IMG/VR virus record: IMGVR_UViG_3300031251_000004
Location: 1 to 64,000 of that record
Length of the DNA stretch: 64,000 nt
Source of the DNA: a virus
Strand: one strand, 5' to 3'
In this document: positions 28,940-40,116 of the stretch, one piece after another
Layout: every line of letters starts with the position of its first letter
Position numbering within the stretch: position 1 is the stretch's first letter
Made by a program: the position numbers and the translations under genes
The notes under the pieces: model-generated
Database searches by the model: none
What the model was told of the DNA's origin: nothing
Seen by the model: only the letters and a program-made list of their open reading frames with translations

Positions 28940-30145
28940 TTACTTAGCTGCGGAATCCGCAGCTACTAATCCAGTCAATGCAGCATATAAAATACCACTT
29001 TGTCCCGATGCTTCGCCTGCGCAAAACATATTTGTTATATCTGTTTCCATATTATTTGCTACATTAATTTTTGGTATCAATGGTAAAATTGTTGGCACAT
29101 GGAAATATGCTTTATTAATTATTTCTGGTAGAAATTGACTTACTTGTTTTATTGCATCTGGCAACCAATTATATTCTGGTATAATAGAGATTTTACTTTT
29201 ATTTGTCAAGATGTGGGAAACTCTTTCCTTTATTATACGATCATTAGTTAATATAAATACTAATTGACCTAGCCTATTCGTTTCCTCAAATCCACCGTTC
29301 TCAAAATGTCTATTGCCTATTAGGTTGAATGACATATTTTCAGATTTCCATCTAACCTCATTGCTTCTAAATGAAGAAATTGCCATATCAACATGATCCT
29401 CAGGTATCACAGTTCCGTTCCAAGACATCGGTCCAAGCTCTAATTCATTACTTACTATTGAACAATTAGATTTATTAAAATCTTTCATTGATTGAGCTGT
29501 TGTTTCTATTCTTATTCCAAACTTAGAAGTATTATTATCTGTTATAATACCTAATGATTTATATAATTCACTAACCCATCTCCATCCGCTTCTTCCAGCA
29601 CAAATGATTAGTTTTTTACAATGTATTTGTTTTAATGATGAGGTAATAATAAAACCTCTTTTGTTTTTTACAACGCTCGTAATTCCTTCATCAAAACATA
29701 ATGTAATGCTTTTTTCTATATCATTTACTATTTTTTTGGATAGGGCATGTATTTCCCTTGGATATAATTGTATATAATCATTCTTGACAATTTCGAAACC
29801 GCTTTTTTTAATTCGCTTTTCCAAGTTGACTTTTGGTCCAAGATCTTTTACAACCGTTAGATCGAATATGTTTTTGATATAAGAGTTAAACCATTTGAGT
29901 GATGCATTGACTTTGCGATTGCCAGTTATAGGTGAAACTTTATCAATATCAGAAAGATATAATTTACCATCACTAGTTGGAAGAAGACCAAGAAATCCTG
30001 ACATTTGCGAACGCCTTTTGCCGGGGGCAGAGCTTTCGTCAAAAAGAATAACTTTCTTACCTTTATGCTCTTTTGCTATTTTTAATGCAGCAAATGTTCC
30101 AGCAACACCTGAACCTATAATCGCAATATCATATTTAGTTGGCAT
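28940..30145 (-). CDS. FAD/NAD(P)-dependent oxidoreductase
   Basis: IAIIGSGVAG, ICAGRSG, METDITNMFCAGE..GILYAA. Confidence 0.85.
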   Translation of the reverse strand: MPTKYDIAIIGSGVAGTFAALKIAKEHKGKKVILFDESSAPGKRRSQMSGFLGLLPTSDGKLYLSDIDKVSPITGNRKVNASLKWFNSYIKNIFDLTVVKDLGPKVNLEKRIKKSGFEIVKNDYIQLYPREIHALSKKIVNDIEKSITLCFDEGITSVVKNKRGFIITSSLKQIHCKKLIICAGRSGWRWVSELYKSLGIITDNNTSKFGIRIETTAQSMKDFNKSNCSIVSNELELGPMSWNGTVIPEDHVDMAISSFRSNEVRWKSENMSFNLIGNRHFENGGFEETNRLGQLVFILTNDRIIKERVSHILTNKSKISIIPEYNWLPDAIKQVSQFLPEIINKAYFHVPTILPLIPKINVANNMETDITNMFCAGEASGQSGILYAALTGLVAADSAAK

Positions 30146-30202
30146 AGATACCTTTCAAGATATCTATATCATACTAAAATAAATTGAAAATTAAAATGTC
30201 AG

Positions 30203-30559
30203 CTATTTTACAGTAACGGTATCATTAATATTTATTTTTGCTGCTTTTAGTGCATTAGTCATAGGAGCTGATAGCTTTTGTTTTAATAGCGTATCTAGTC
30301 CTATTGCTACTTTTGGATTGGCTGGGGCTAAAACTGATTTAAATGTAGCTACCGGTCCTTTGTTCACTAATATAAAAATTGTTACAGCCGCATCATCTGG
30401 CACACCAGCTTGATTAAGCATTGGTGCTACATTAGTAGACAATTGCCATAATCTTGCATTTTCTAAAACAGTCTAAATCTCCCCCGATTGAGCAGACATA
30501 ACAGCTTGTGCTTGTTTTTCAAACTTTGTTGCCAATTTATGTAATGTATTGATATCCAT
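30203..30559 (-). pseudogene. Hypothetical gene interrupted by an in-frame TAG at 30473-30475
   Basis: AGGGA RBS then MDINTLHKLATKFEKQAQAVMSAQSGEI*TVLENARLWQLSTNVAP, in frame with the 79-aa ORF. Confidence 0.6.
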
Positions 30560-30629
30560 TTTAATCCCTATTATAATTATAATTGATTATTGGCAGCGGT
30601 CGATGCTAAAAAGATGGCATATAATGTGA

Positions 30630-31895
30630 ATGCCATCTTCAATTCTTTACCCAGCATCTCTGGACAATACCAGTACTTTGCCAACGGCTTATGACAATAT
30701 CACCCCTGTCAAGGCAGAAACTGTTAATATTTTGCGTGATGCTATTTTAGCTATTGAGCAAACCTTAGGCGTAAAACCTCAAGGCGTCTATACAACAGTT
30801 CGGGCAAGACTAGATGCGTTAGATGTAATAATTGGTTCTATAATTTCTGGTGGTGGAGGTGGCGGAGGAGGTGGCGGGTCAGTAGTATTTGCTGGCGATC
30901 TAATGGGAACATCAACCCATCAGATAGTCATTGGACTACAAAATAACCCAGTCAATCCGGTTAAGCCCATTGCGGGACAAGCATTAATATTTGACGGATA
31001 TCAATGGAATCCAAGTACAAACTTTTTAGGGTTAGAAATTATAACCGGACCAATTTTATCAACATCTGAAAATACCGGGCTAATAGAATTAGATGGTAAA
31101 TTTATAGTAAATGGTATAAACATATCGTCATCATCAACATCTGATATGGGTCAAGGTATTATTTATTATGATTCAACTTTGAACAGATTTCAAGTTTCCG
31201 AAGATGGCGGGTCATATGTAAATCTTATTGGTGGCTCTTCTGGTGGAGCTGCAAGCGGTGATTTAGATGGGTATTATCCAGATCCAGTTGTAGTTGGAAT
31301 TCAAACCATTCCAGTAAATCCAATAACACCAATCGCCGGGCAAGCACTAATATATGATGGGTATACATGGATACCTGGAACTAATTTTATAACTCAAGAT
31401 ATCTTTACCACCGGTAGCGTAACTAGCGGACCTGATTTATCAACATCTGCAACCACTGGGTTACTAACATTAGACGGTAAAATGGTTGTAAACGGTATCA
31501 ACACATCTCTTATATCTGATGCTGGTCAAGCAATAATTTACTTTGATGGTTATACAAATAATCTATTGATTTCTGAAAACGGTAATCCTTATGTAAATAT
31601 ATTTGCTGATATTCGTAATATAATAAATACGAGCTCAAACTATACAACAACTCAACAAGATTCAGTTATATTAATTACATCTGGCTCATCAATAACTATT
31701 CAATTAGTCAATAACCCAATAACCGGAACAGTTCAAACCGTAAAAGACAAGTCAGGTAATGCCGGAACGTTTAATATAACAATACAGTCTTCTGCTGGTG
31801 GAGTTTTAATAGATGGAGCAAGTACTTATATAATTTCTACCAATAATGGTAAGGCAAGTTTTATATTTGATGGTATTGGTTGGTATAGCGTATAA
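30630..31895 (+). CDS. Virion fibre/decoration protein (paralog of 46252..48657)
   Basis: Shared N-terminal NILRDAILAIE..LGVKPQG..VRARLDAL and shared C-terminal domain; 4 DGY. Confidence 0.75.
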   Translation: MPSSILYPASLDNTSTLPTAYDNITPVKAETVNILRDAILAIEQTLGVKPQGVYTTVRARLDALDVIIGSIISGGGGGGGGGGSVVFAGDLMGTSTHQIVIGLQNNPVNPVKPIAGQALIFDGYQWNPSTNFLGLEIITGPILSTSENTGLIELDGKFIVNGINISSSSTSDMGQGIIYYDSTLNRFQVSEDGGSYVNLIGGSSGGAASGDLDGYYPDPVVVGIQTIPVNPITPIAGQALIYDGYTWIPGTNFITQDIFTTGSVTSGPDLSTSATTGLLTLDGKMVVNGINTSLISDAGQAIIYFDGYTNNLLISENGNPYVNIFADIRNIINTSSNYTTTQQDSVILITSGSSITIQLVNNPITGTVQTVKDKSGNAGTFNITIQSSAGGVLIDGASTYIISTNNGKASFIFDGIGWYSV

Positions 31896-31923
31896 TAATT
31901 TCACATATTCAATAGGAACATAA

Positions 31924-34900
31924 ATGTCTTTCTCTGGAAAACCAACTAATGCTAATGAACTAATTCTTTGGGATGGCACCGAGTTTTATAGTGGTAAATT
32001 AACTGGTAATAATATAGATACAGCGTCTACCACTGCTATACAAATAAACGGTGAATTGATAGGAACAGCCTTTGGCGCAAATAATGGAACTACAATACCA
32101 ACACTAACAAGTGGTAGCGGAGTTCCAAGCACAACACCAGCAAATGGTTCGCTGTATATGCGAGTTGATGGTACCGGTAGCACTGGATTATATACATATC
32201 AGAGCGGAACTTGGGTATCAGTTTCTGGAAGCGGAACATTTAGCGCTGGCGGAGATCTTTCTGGCACATCATCAAATCAAACCGTAATAGCAATTCAAGG
32301 TAATGCAGTTGAAGCCGGAGTTTTAGGCAGCACACAAGACGGTTATGTTCTAACTTGGGTCAACGCATCAAGCCAATGGCAGCCAAAACCATCTGAGGTA
32401 AGTCTATATGGTGATGTAAATGGTACATCTGCTTCATCTACGGTTGTTGCTATACAAGGAAATACTATAACATCTGGCGCTCTTACTAAGGGGCAATTTT
32501 TCGTTGCAACAAGCACAAGTAATTGGGCAGCTACAACATTATCCGGAGATGTTAACGAGAGCGCTACAACCCCTGGACAACTAACTGTAATTCAAATAAA
32601 TGGTTCAACGGTTCCAGCAGGAGGATCATTAACAACTGGTAATGTTCTACAAGTCAATGGAAGCAGTAGTCTTACTTATGCTGCGGTCAATCTTGCTGGC
32701 GGTAGTAATTATGTCACGGGCGTTCTTCCAACCGGGAATCAAGCAAACCAATCTCTTACACTAACCGGTGATATAACCGGAAGTGGTACAACTGTTGGTA
32801 CAGCTACTACATTAGCAAACACTGCCGTATCTGCTGGAAGTTATGGAAGCTCTACACAAGTAGGAACATTTACCGTTGATGCTAAGGGTCGTCTAACCGC
32901 TGCAAGCAATACTACCATCTCTGGAACTACTCCAGGTGGAGTTGCAGGCGGTGATTTATCTGGCACATATCCAAACCCAACTATCGGATCATTAGACGGT
33001 TATGCATTACCAAGCCCAACACCAGGCGTTCTAGAAGAAGTAGGTGGTAGTCTTGTATGGAGTACAGTCAATCTTGCTTCGAGCACATATGTAAGCGGCA
33101 TTTTGCCAACTGCTAATCAAGCCGCCCAAACAATGGGTGGAGATGTTTCAGGCACAACCGCAAGTGCAACCGTAATCAAGGTTGATGGAGTTTCTTATCC
33201 GGCAAGCCCAAGCACTAATACAGTACCAGTTGTTACTGCAAGTAATACTGTTACATATCAGCAAATTGCTGACGCTCAAGTTAGTGCAACTGCTGCTATC
33301 GCTGGTACAAAAATAAGCCCTAATTTTGGAACTCAAAATGTAACTACATCTGGTAATATAACAACAACAAGTACCGGATCTATTACATCAAATACAACTG
33401 TAACAGCAGTTAGTGGAGTTATTACTCCATCAGTTGATACATCTGGTGCATCTACACTAACACTTGGAACAACCAATGCTACCAAGGTACAAATTGGTAC
33501 AAGTGGTAACACAACCGAAATACTTGGTAACTTACAAGTTGATGGCGCTGAAACAATTATTGGTACTAGCATATTCCAACAAGCTGCAACATTTGATGGA
33601 AACGTAACGGTTGCTGATGGTTATAGTTTTACAGTGATCGGTGCTACTGGCGGAACATTCTCTATAAACGGAGATGGAGCATCCACATTATCAACTAGTT
33701 CAGGCGCATTGACTATTGATGGTTATGCTAGCACACTTATACAAGCAAACGGATCTACTCAAATAGATGTTAGCACTAATGGAGTACAACTATTCTCTGG
33801 ATCACAATCACTTGGCGGAGGAGTTGGAGTACTCGGATTTACTAATGCAACAACGGATCCAACAACTAATCCATCAAACGGCGCAATACTTTATTCATCA
33901 GGTGGCGTACTAAATATACGACAATCTAATGGTACCACATTCCCAATTACATCAGGTGCGACTGCATTTACTGCTGGTGGAGATTTATCTGGAACAGCAA
34001 CAAGCCAACAAGTAATATCATTGACTGGTACTACCGGAACAGTTAGTACGGCGTCGTCCACAAGTACAATTCAATTCAATACGGCTTCCACATCACCAAC
34101 ATTTAATCAAGCAAATAATACGGCTGCTTCTGGAACTGGAACAGCACTAACAGTACAAGCACAAAACGCTACAGGAAGTACAAGCACTGGTGGTGCATTA
34201 CATCTAACATCAGGTACTGGTACAACTGTTGCTGGAAACGTTCTTATTCAAACTGGTGGTACAACACAATTAACTGTATCACCAACTGCTGTTACATTCG
34301 CATCATTGTCTGGCGGAGGATCACAGGCATTCGTTACCGTTAGCACAAGCGGAGTAATATCAACAACTGCTATATCTGCTGGTGGTGATCTAAATGGAAA
34401 CTATCCAAATCCATATGTCTCATCATTGAGTGGATCTGGTGGTACAGGAAATCTTGTAACGATCAATTCAGGATTCTTAGAATGGGCATCAACGGTCGGT
34501 GCTTGTGTATTATCACAGGCAACCACTTCAACTGGTGGTAGCGGTACACTAACTGTAAGAGCAAGAGATTCATCTGCTTCTGGTCACGTTGGTGCAGATC
34601 TTAACTTGTGCGCTGGATACGGTCCATCAGGTATTGGAACACTAAGACTACAAACTGGTTCATCCGCTGGTTCATCGCCATCAATTGGCGGTAGCAACGA
34701 TCAAGTAGTAATTACAACAACATCAATTGCATTGACTCCAAGTCTTTTGAACTGGACTGGTGGTACTGGTGATTTACAATCCAACGGATCAACAATTATT
34801 CAAATAAGCACTGGTACTGCAACAGTAACAGGTGCATTGAATCAATCAAGTGGTGCGTTCTCATTAGCTGGTAATGGTGCATCATCAATAACAACTACTT

Positions 34901-37089
34901 CGGCTCACGCATTGACAATAACAGCTGGTGCAGCATCTACATGGTCAAGTTCTGGCGCATTAACAATTACATCTGGTGGAACTTCAACCTGGTCAACAAG
35001 TTCAGGAACTTTATATGTGGATGCAGCACAATATCTAAACCTTGGTGAAACTACAGCCCTTGCAATCAACATGGCTCAGCCAGGAATACTTACCACGGTA
35101 AACGGAACATTGACTGTCGAGCAAGGTACTACACTAAATAGCAGTCTAACTCAATCAAACGGTGCAGTTTCATTATCTGGTAATGCGGCATCAAGTTTTA
35201 CAACTTCAAGCGGCGGACTAACACTAACTGGTGCAGCAGCAAGTACATGGTCAACAAGCGCTGGACTATTAACAATAAATGGTCACACCGGTATAGCATT
35301 ACAAGATGCCGGGTCAACGTATCTAACATTAACGACTAATCAACTACAATGGGCTCAGAGCGCGTTTACACCAGTAATCAATCAAGCTGCCGCAGTAAAT
35401 AATGGAACATCATTTACTATTAGCTCTCAAAATGCCGGTGGAAGTGGTTATAACGGTGGTGATTTAATCCTAACATCTGGTGCTAAAACTGGTAGCGGAT
35501 ATGATGGATATATCTATTTAGAAGCTGGCGGTAATATAGAAGCATTTATTATGTCTGCCGATGCAACATCTGCTGGCGGACTTGGAATTGGTACTACACC
35601 CGGAAGTGATCCAACAATTACTCGTGGTTCTGGTATTCCAACCACAACTCAACCAAATGGAAGCCTTTTCTTACGAACTGATGGTGACGCATCATCAACC
35701 ATCTATATTAGAGAAGCTGGTACATGGAGCATAATATCCGGAGCAGGCGGTACTCCAGGCGGTAGTGCTGGTGGAGATCTTAGTGGAACTTATCCTAACC
35801 CAACAGTTGCTAAGGTTGATGGAGTTGTATATCCAGCAAGCCCAAGCACAAATACTGTTCCGGTTGTAACAGCCAGTAATACTGTTACATATCAGCAAAT
35901 TGCTAATGCCCAAGTTTCGGCTACAGCTAATATCGCAGTTAGCAAACTAGCTGCTGGTACGGCTGCACAACTATTACTAAATAACTCTACACCTACTCCA
36001 ACTTGGACAACAGTTAGCGGAGATGCAACGATCTCGGCTACCGGTAGTGTTACAGTTATATCTTTGGACGGTTATACATTACCAAGTCCAACGCCTGGAG
36101 TTTTGCAAGAAGTTGGCGGTAATCTTGTATGGAGTACGGTAAATCTAGCATCATCAACTTATGTGTCTGGCGTTCTTCCAACTGCAAATCAAGCAGCACA
36201 ATCACTCACTCTAACAGGTGATGTAACAAGTTCAGGTGGAACAACAGCATCAGCGTCCACAACGGTTGCAAAAATACAAGGCGTTGCAATTACTGGAACA
36301 CCAGCTGCTGGCTATGTATTAGAAGCGACAAGCCCAACCGCAGCATCTTGGCAAGCTCTTACCAGTGTTACATTAAGTGGAGATGTAACCGGAACAACCG
36401 CATCAAACATTCTATCATCAATAGATGGTTATGCGCTTCCAAATCCGGGACAACATCAAGGCGTATTACAGTCTGCAAGCAACGGTGCATTATCTTGGAG
36501 CACAGTAAATCTTGCATCTAGCTCGTATGTGTCTGGTAATCTTCCCGTAGCAAACATTGCTCCAGGAACTTCTGCTCAAGTTTTGATGAGCAATGGAACA
36601 CCAGCAACAACTTGGACAACATTAAGTGGCGATGTTACAATAAGCGCGACTGGCGCTACAACTGTAAATAGTATTAGTGGCAGCTCACCTATTGCAATAT
36701 CTGCGGCAACACTAAACTTCACTGGTGGAACTGGAAACTTACAATCAAATGGAACCACGGTTGCTAGTATTACTGCTAATAAACTAATAACATCAAAAGG
36801 TATTCGAAGAAATGTAACAACAGTTAGTGGTTCAACATATACAGCACTAGCCACTGATGATATCATTGCAGCAGATCCAACCAGTAATACAATAGCAATT
36901 ACATTACCGTCTTCACCAACAACAGGTGATACGCTTGTAATTAAAGATATAACTGGTCAAGCAAATACAAATAATATAACGATTACACCAGCATCCGGCA
37001 ACATTGATGGAGCTAGTAACTTTGTTATAGATATGAATTATGCAAGTATTACAGTGGTATTTACAGGAGCTCAATGGAGCGTATTGTAA
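31924..37089 (+). CDS. Long Ser/Thr/Gly-rich tail fibre-like protein
   Basis: 1721 aa; GGDLSGT and L(S/T)GDV repeats; internal duplications; 7 DGY. Confidence 0.8.
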   Translation: MSFSGKPTNANELILWDGTEFYSGKLTGNNIDTASTTAIQINGELIGTAFGANNGTTIPTLTSGSGVPSTTPANGSLYMRVDGTGSTGLYTYQSGTWVSVSGSGTFSAGGDLSGTSSNQTVIAIQGNAVEAGVLGSTQDGYVLTWVNASSQWQPKPSEVSLYGDVNGTSASSTVVAIQGNTITSGALTKGQFFVATSTSNWAATTLSGDVNESATTPGQLTVIQINGSTVPAGGSLTTGNVLQVNGSSSLTYAAVNLAGGSNYVTGVLPTGNQANQSLTLTGDITGSGTTVGTATTLANTAVSAGSYGSSTQVGTFTVDAKGRLTAASNTTISGTTPGGVAGGDLSGTYPNPTIGSLDGYALPSPTPGVLEEVGGSLVWSTVNLASSTYVSGILPTANQAAQTMGGDVSGTTASATVIKVDGVSYPASPSTNTVPVVTASNTVTYQQIADAQVSATAAIAGTKISPNFGTQNVTTSGNITTTSTGSITSNTTVTAVSGVITPSVDTSGASTLTLGTTNATKVQIGTSGNTTEILGNLQVDGAETIIGTSIFQQAATFDGNVTVADGYSFTVIGATGGTFSINGDGASTLSTSSGALTIDGYASTLIQANGSTQIDVSTNGVQLFSGSQSLGGGVGVLGFTNATTDPTTNPSNGAILYSSGGVLNIRQSNGTTFPITSGATAFTAGGDLSGTATSQQVISLTGTTGTVSTASSTSTIQFNTASTSPTFNQANNTAASGTGTALTVQAQNATGSTSTGGALHLTSGTGTTVAGNVLIQTGGTTQLTVSPTAVTFASLSGGGSQAFVTVSTSGVISTTAISAGGDLNGNYPNPYVSSLSGSGGTGNLVTINSGFLEWASTVGACVLSQATTSTGGSGTLTVRARDSSASGHVGADLNLCAGYGPSGIGTLRLQTGSSAGSSPSIGGSNDQVVITTTSIALTPSLLNWTGGTGDLQSNGSTIIQISTGTATVTGALNQSSGAFSLAGNGASSITTTSAHALTITAGAASTWSSSGALTITSGGTSTWSTSSGTLYVDAAQYLNLGETTALAINMAQPGILTTVNGTLTVEQGTTLNSSLTQSNGAVSLSGNAASSFTTSSGGLTLTGAAASTWSTSAGLLTINGHTGIALQDAGSTYLTLTTNQLQWAQSAFTPVINQAAAVNNGTSFTISSQNAGGSGYNGGDLILTSGAKTGSGYDGYIYLEAGGNIEAFIMSADATSAGGLGIGTTPGSDPTITRGSGIPTTTQPNGSLFLRTDGDASSTIYIREAGTWSIISGAGGTPGGSAGGDLSGTYPNPTVAKVDGVVYPASPSTNTVPVVTASNTVTYQQIANAQVSATANIAVSKLAAGTAAQLLLNNSTPTPTWTTVSGDATISATGSVTVISLDGYTLPSPTPGVLQEVGGNLVWSTVNLASSTYVSGVLPTANQAAQSLTLTGDVTSSGGTTASASTTVAKIQGVAITGTPAAGYVLEATSPTAASWQALTSVTLSGDVTGTTASNILSSIDGYALPNPGQHQGVLQSASNGALSWSTVNLASSSYVSGNLPVANIAPGTSAQVLMSNGTPATTWTTLSGDVTISATGATTVNSISGSSPIAISAATLNFTGGTGNLQSNGTTVASITANKLITSKGIRRNVTTVSGSTYTALATDDIIAADPTSNTIAITLPSSPTTGDTLVIKDITGQANTNNITITPASGNIDGASNFVIDMNYASITVVFTGAQWSVL

Positions 37090-37134
37090 TCAATCGATTT
37101 ATACTAATGATAATATATAATAATAGGAGAATCA

Positions 37135-37554
37135 TTGTCATATAAGGAACCACGAGCACTAACTACCGACTTTGGATTAATCAAATTATCCGGAGATCTT
37201 GCTGGCACAGCCGCATCTCCAATAGTAATAAGAATTAATACACACACGGTTGCAACACAAACTCTTGGTGCATCACAAGATGGATATGTACTGACTTGGG
37301 TGAATGCAACATCATCTTGGACTGCTGAATCTGCTCCTGGTAGTTCTGGACCAACTGGAACGGCTGGCGGAGATCTTAGTGGAACTTTTCCTAACCCAAC
37401 AGTTGTAGCATTACAAACAATTCCAATTATAACAACCGCTCCAACTAACGGACAAGTACTGACATACGTTTCAGCTGATGGAAAATGGGAACCAAAAACA
37501 GTAACGGGAGCTACACCAAGTATTGCTCGCACATTTATGCTTATGGGCTGCTAA
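37135..37554 (+). CDS. Short fibre-associated protein
   Basis: AGGAG with TTG start; GGDLSGTFPNP; QDGYVLTW. Confidence 0.75.
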   Translation: MSYKEPRALTTDFGLIKLSGDLAGTAASPIVIRINTHTVATQTLGASQDGYVLTWVNATSSWTAESAPGSSGPTGTAGGDLSGTFPNPTVVALQTIPIITTAPTNGQVLTYVSADGKWEPKTVTGATPSIARTFMLMGC

Positions 37555-37566
37555 TAGGAAAATACA

Positions 37567-37911
37567 ATGACAGATACATTTCAAGTTTTAGGGCAACTAA
37601 ATATAACAACTACTGGAACACTACAAACATTGTATACAGTACCAGCAACAACTTCTACAACTATATCTACTTTGGCGGTATGCAATCAAAATAATAGTAC
37701 TGCTGCTTTTAGTGTAACGGTTAGAAGCGTAGCTGGTGCCAATGCCGATCTTTATTTATATGGAGGTTCGGTTGCTGGAGGTTTAGAATTATCAGGACCT
37801 AATACATTTTTGGCTACTTTGGGTATTACGCTTGCTACTGGTGATATTGTTAAGGTTCAATCAGATACAGCCAACGTTACCTTCCATCTTTTTGGCGTTC
37901 AAGTAACTTAA
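37567..37911 (+). CDS. Small beta-sandwich virion protein
   Basis: TLYTVPA...LAVCN...GITLATGD..FHLFG, typical of fibre-linked phage proteins. Confidence 0.7.
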   Translation: MTDTFQVLGQLNITTTGTLQTLYTVPATTSTTISTLAVCNQNNSTAAFSVTVRSVAGANADLYLYGGSVAGGLELSGPNTFLATLGITLATGDIVKVQSDTANVTFHLFGVQVT

Positions 37912-37966
37912 TATCTAAAACTTTTTTCAATATACTAAAACTTTGGTATTTATTTAGGAAAAATAT

Positions 37967-40105
37967 ATGTCTCAAGGCACCGCAGTAACTGTAAATAACA
38001 TAAACCTAGTCTCTTTGAGTGGTGATATCACCGGCAACACCATTGACGGCTATGTTTCTTCTATTAGCGGTCCATCTCCAGTCATCGTTACACCTAACTC
38101 TTTACAATGGCTTAGCTCGGTTACCTCTCCTACTTTAACTCAAGCTTCTTCAGCTAATCCCGGACAAAATCTAACCATTCAAGCTCAAGGTACTGGCGGA
38201 GGTGGAGCAGGCGGCAATTTAATTCTTGCTTCTGGAACTTCATTATTTGGCAGTGCCGGCAATATCATCTTTCAATTAGGCGCTACGACAGGTTTGACTT
38301 TATTATCTACTGGAACTTTGCAGTTTCCGGCTACCGCTACAGCAACCATCAATCAAGCTGCCTCTACCGGAGGCGCTACTAATTTAAGCATTACTGCCCA
38401 ATCAGCTGGTGGCGCTGGAGACAACGGTGGAGCTTTAGTATTGACTTCAGGAGCTTCCACTACAACTGGTACTTCTGGTAATGTTATTATTAATACGGCT
38501 ACTCCAGGTGGTGGTACTGCTGGTAATATCTTATTTCAGGTTAGTGGTACTACTCAGGCTTTCGTTAATAGCTTTGGTGTTGGTATCGGATCTACTCCTG
38601 GCACTTCTCCTACTATTACTTCTGGTTCTGGCGTTCCAACTTCCACCCAACCGACTGGCTCTCTTTATCTAAATACCAGCGGTTCAACAATTACCGGTGT
38701 TTATACCCGCACTACCAGCTGGCTACCAATCAACGCCTACACAGGCTTAATAGCTCCAATTACAGCTACCACTAATACTAATACCGTTGCAGTATACACT
38801 GTCGACAGCACTTCTGGTAATGACGGAGTTATTCTTCATTTTCACACTGGTCCTACAACTTACGTAATGCCATCCCCTGCTCCCGGACGACAAATCATTA
38901 TTCGAGATATTACTGGTGCCATCGAAACTACCAATCAAACTGGCGGATATGTTACTGGCTCCGGAGCTACTAGCAACGTTATTTTTGTTGCTCCTCATGG
39001 TACCGAATCTTTTAATGGGAGTGCTGGCTATATATTAACTGGAGGTTCTACTTTTCACGTTACTAATAACTCAGCCGCCGTCACTTGCAGCACTGGTTTA
39101 TTTACCACTGAACTTGCACCCGGCATGAGCATCACATTTGGCGCTCAATCTGGTGTATCTTACGTAATCTCTTCCATCGGATCAGCAACTTCACTCACAC
39201 TTACCTCTGTGTATACAGGTACCACTAGTACTACCTCTTCTGCCACTATGAATAGTTTAGCTTACTATGCTAACTGGGGTACTCTTACTTTGACAAGTGA
39301 TGGTACTAACTGGTTCGCTACTAGCAATAAACCCATGCGTGTTTACTTAACTGCTAACGGTACTTTTATCCCTTCTCCTGGCTGTACTGCTGCTTATTTA
39401 GTTGGCTGCGGAGGTGGTGGAGGTGGTGCTGGTGGTGGTGGAACTAGTACTTCTGGTGGTGGCGGAGGCGGCGGCGCACTTCAATCGATTATGATAACCA
39501 CGCTTACTCCTAATATTGCTAGTGGTTATACCGTGGTAATTGGTGCTGGTGGGACAGGTGGAGTCGCTAACTCAGCTGGCACTACTGGTAATCCAGGAAA
39601 TAATACTTCTTTTGGTACCTTAGCATATTTTTATGGTGCCTCTGGTGGTAGCAGCAGTGGAGGTCTTTTTAATTCTCCCGGTGGTTTATTTTTTACTAAT
39701 AGTGGTACAAATATGTATTCTTCTTCTAGCGCTGCCGTTGGCACTGGATCTGCGTCTCTTGCGGCCGCAACTACTCAACTTCAAGGAAGTACATCGCCAG
39801 GATCTATTGCCATGGGTGGGTCTGGCGGAGCAAATAGTATAAGCGGTGTTGCTGGAATGATCAATACCAGTTCGAATCTAGCAACGGCTTATGTTGCTGG
39901 TACCGGAGGCGGAAGCAACGGCGGTGGCGGCGGCGGTGCTGGACCTCAAGGCAACGGTGGCAACGCTGGTGCTGCCTCAAGTGTAGGATCATCGGCTTCC
40001 GCTAATACTGGAGCTGGAGGTGGCGGTGGTGGTATTCTTGCCAGTACTGGCACCGCTGGCGGAAACGGTGGAAGTGGATATCTCTATGTATATACTTGGA
40101 TGTAA
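37967..40105 (+). CDS. Glycine-rich tail fibre-like protein, paralog 1 of 4
   Basis: MPxPxxGRQIIIRDITG; poly-Gly C-terminal domain ending GGSGYLYVY. Confidence 0.8.
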   Translation: MSQGTAVTVNNINLVSLSGDITGNTIDGYVSSISGPSPVIVTPNSLQWLSSVTSPTLTQASSANPGQNLTIQAQGTGGGGAGGNLILASGTSLFGSAGNIIFQLGATTGLTLLSTGTLQFPATATATINQAASTGGATNLSITAQSAGGAGDNGGALVLTSGASTTTGTSGNVIINTATPGGGTAGNILFQVSGTTQAFVNSFGVGIGSTPGTSPTITSGSGVPTSTQPTGSLYLNTSGSTITGVYTRTTSWLPINAYTGLIAPITATTNTNTVAVYTVDSTSGNDGVILHFHTGPTTYVMPSPAPGRQIIIRDITGAIETTNQTGGYVTGSGATSNVIFVAPHGTESFNGSAGYILTGGSTFHVTNNSAAVTCSTGLFTTELAPGMSITFGAQSGVSYVISSIGSATSLTLTSVYTGTTSTTSSATMNSLAYYANWGTLTLTSDGTNWFATSNKPMRVYLTANGTFIPSPGCTAAYLVGCGGGGGGAGGGGTSTSGGGGGGGALQSIMITTLTPNIASGYTVVIGAGGTGGVANSAGTTGNPGNNTSFGTLAYFYGASGGSSSGGLFNSPGGLFFTNSGTNMYSSSSAAVGTGSASLAAATTQLQGSTSPGSIAMGGSGGANSISGVAGMINTSSNLATAYVAGTGGGSNGGGGGGAGPQGNGGNAGAASSVGSSASANTGAGGGGGGILASTGTAGGNGGSGYLYVYTWM

Positions 40106-40116
40106 AGGTCAAATAA

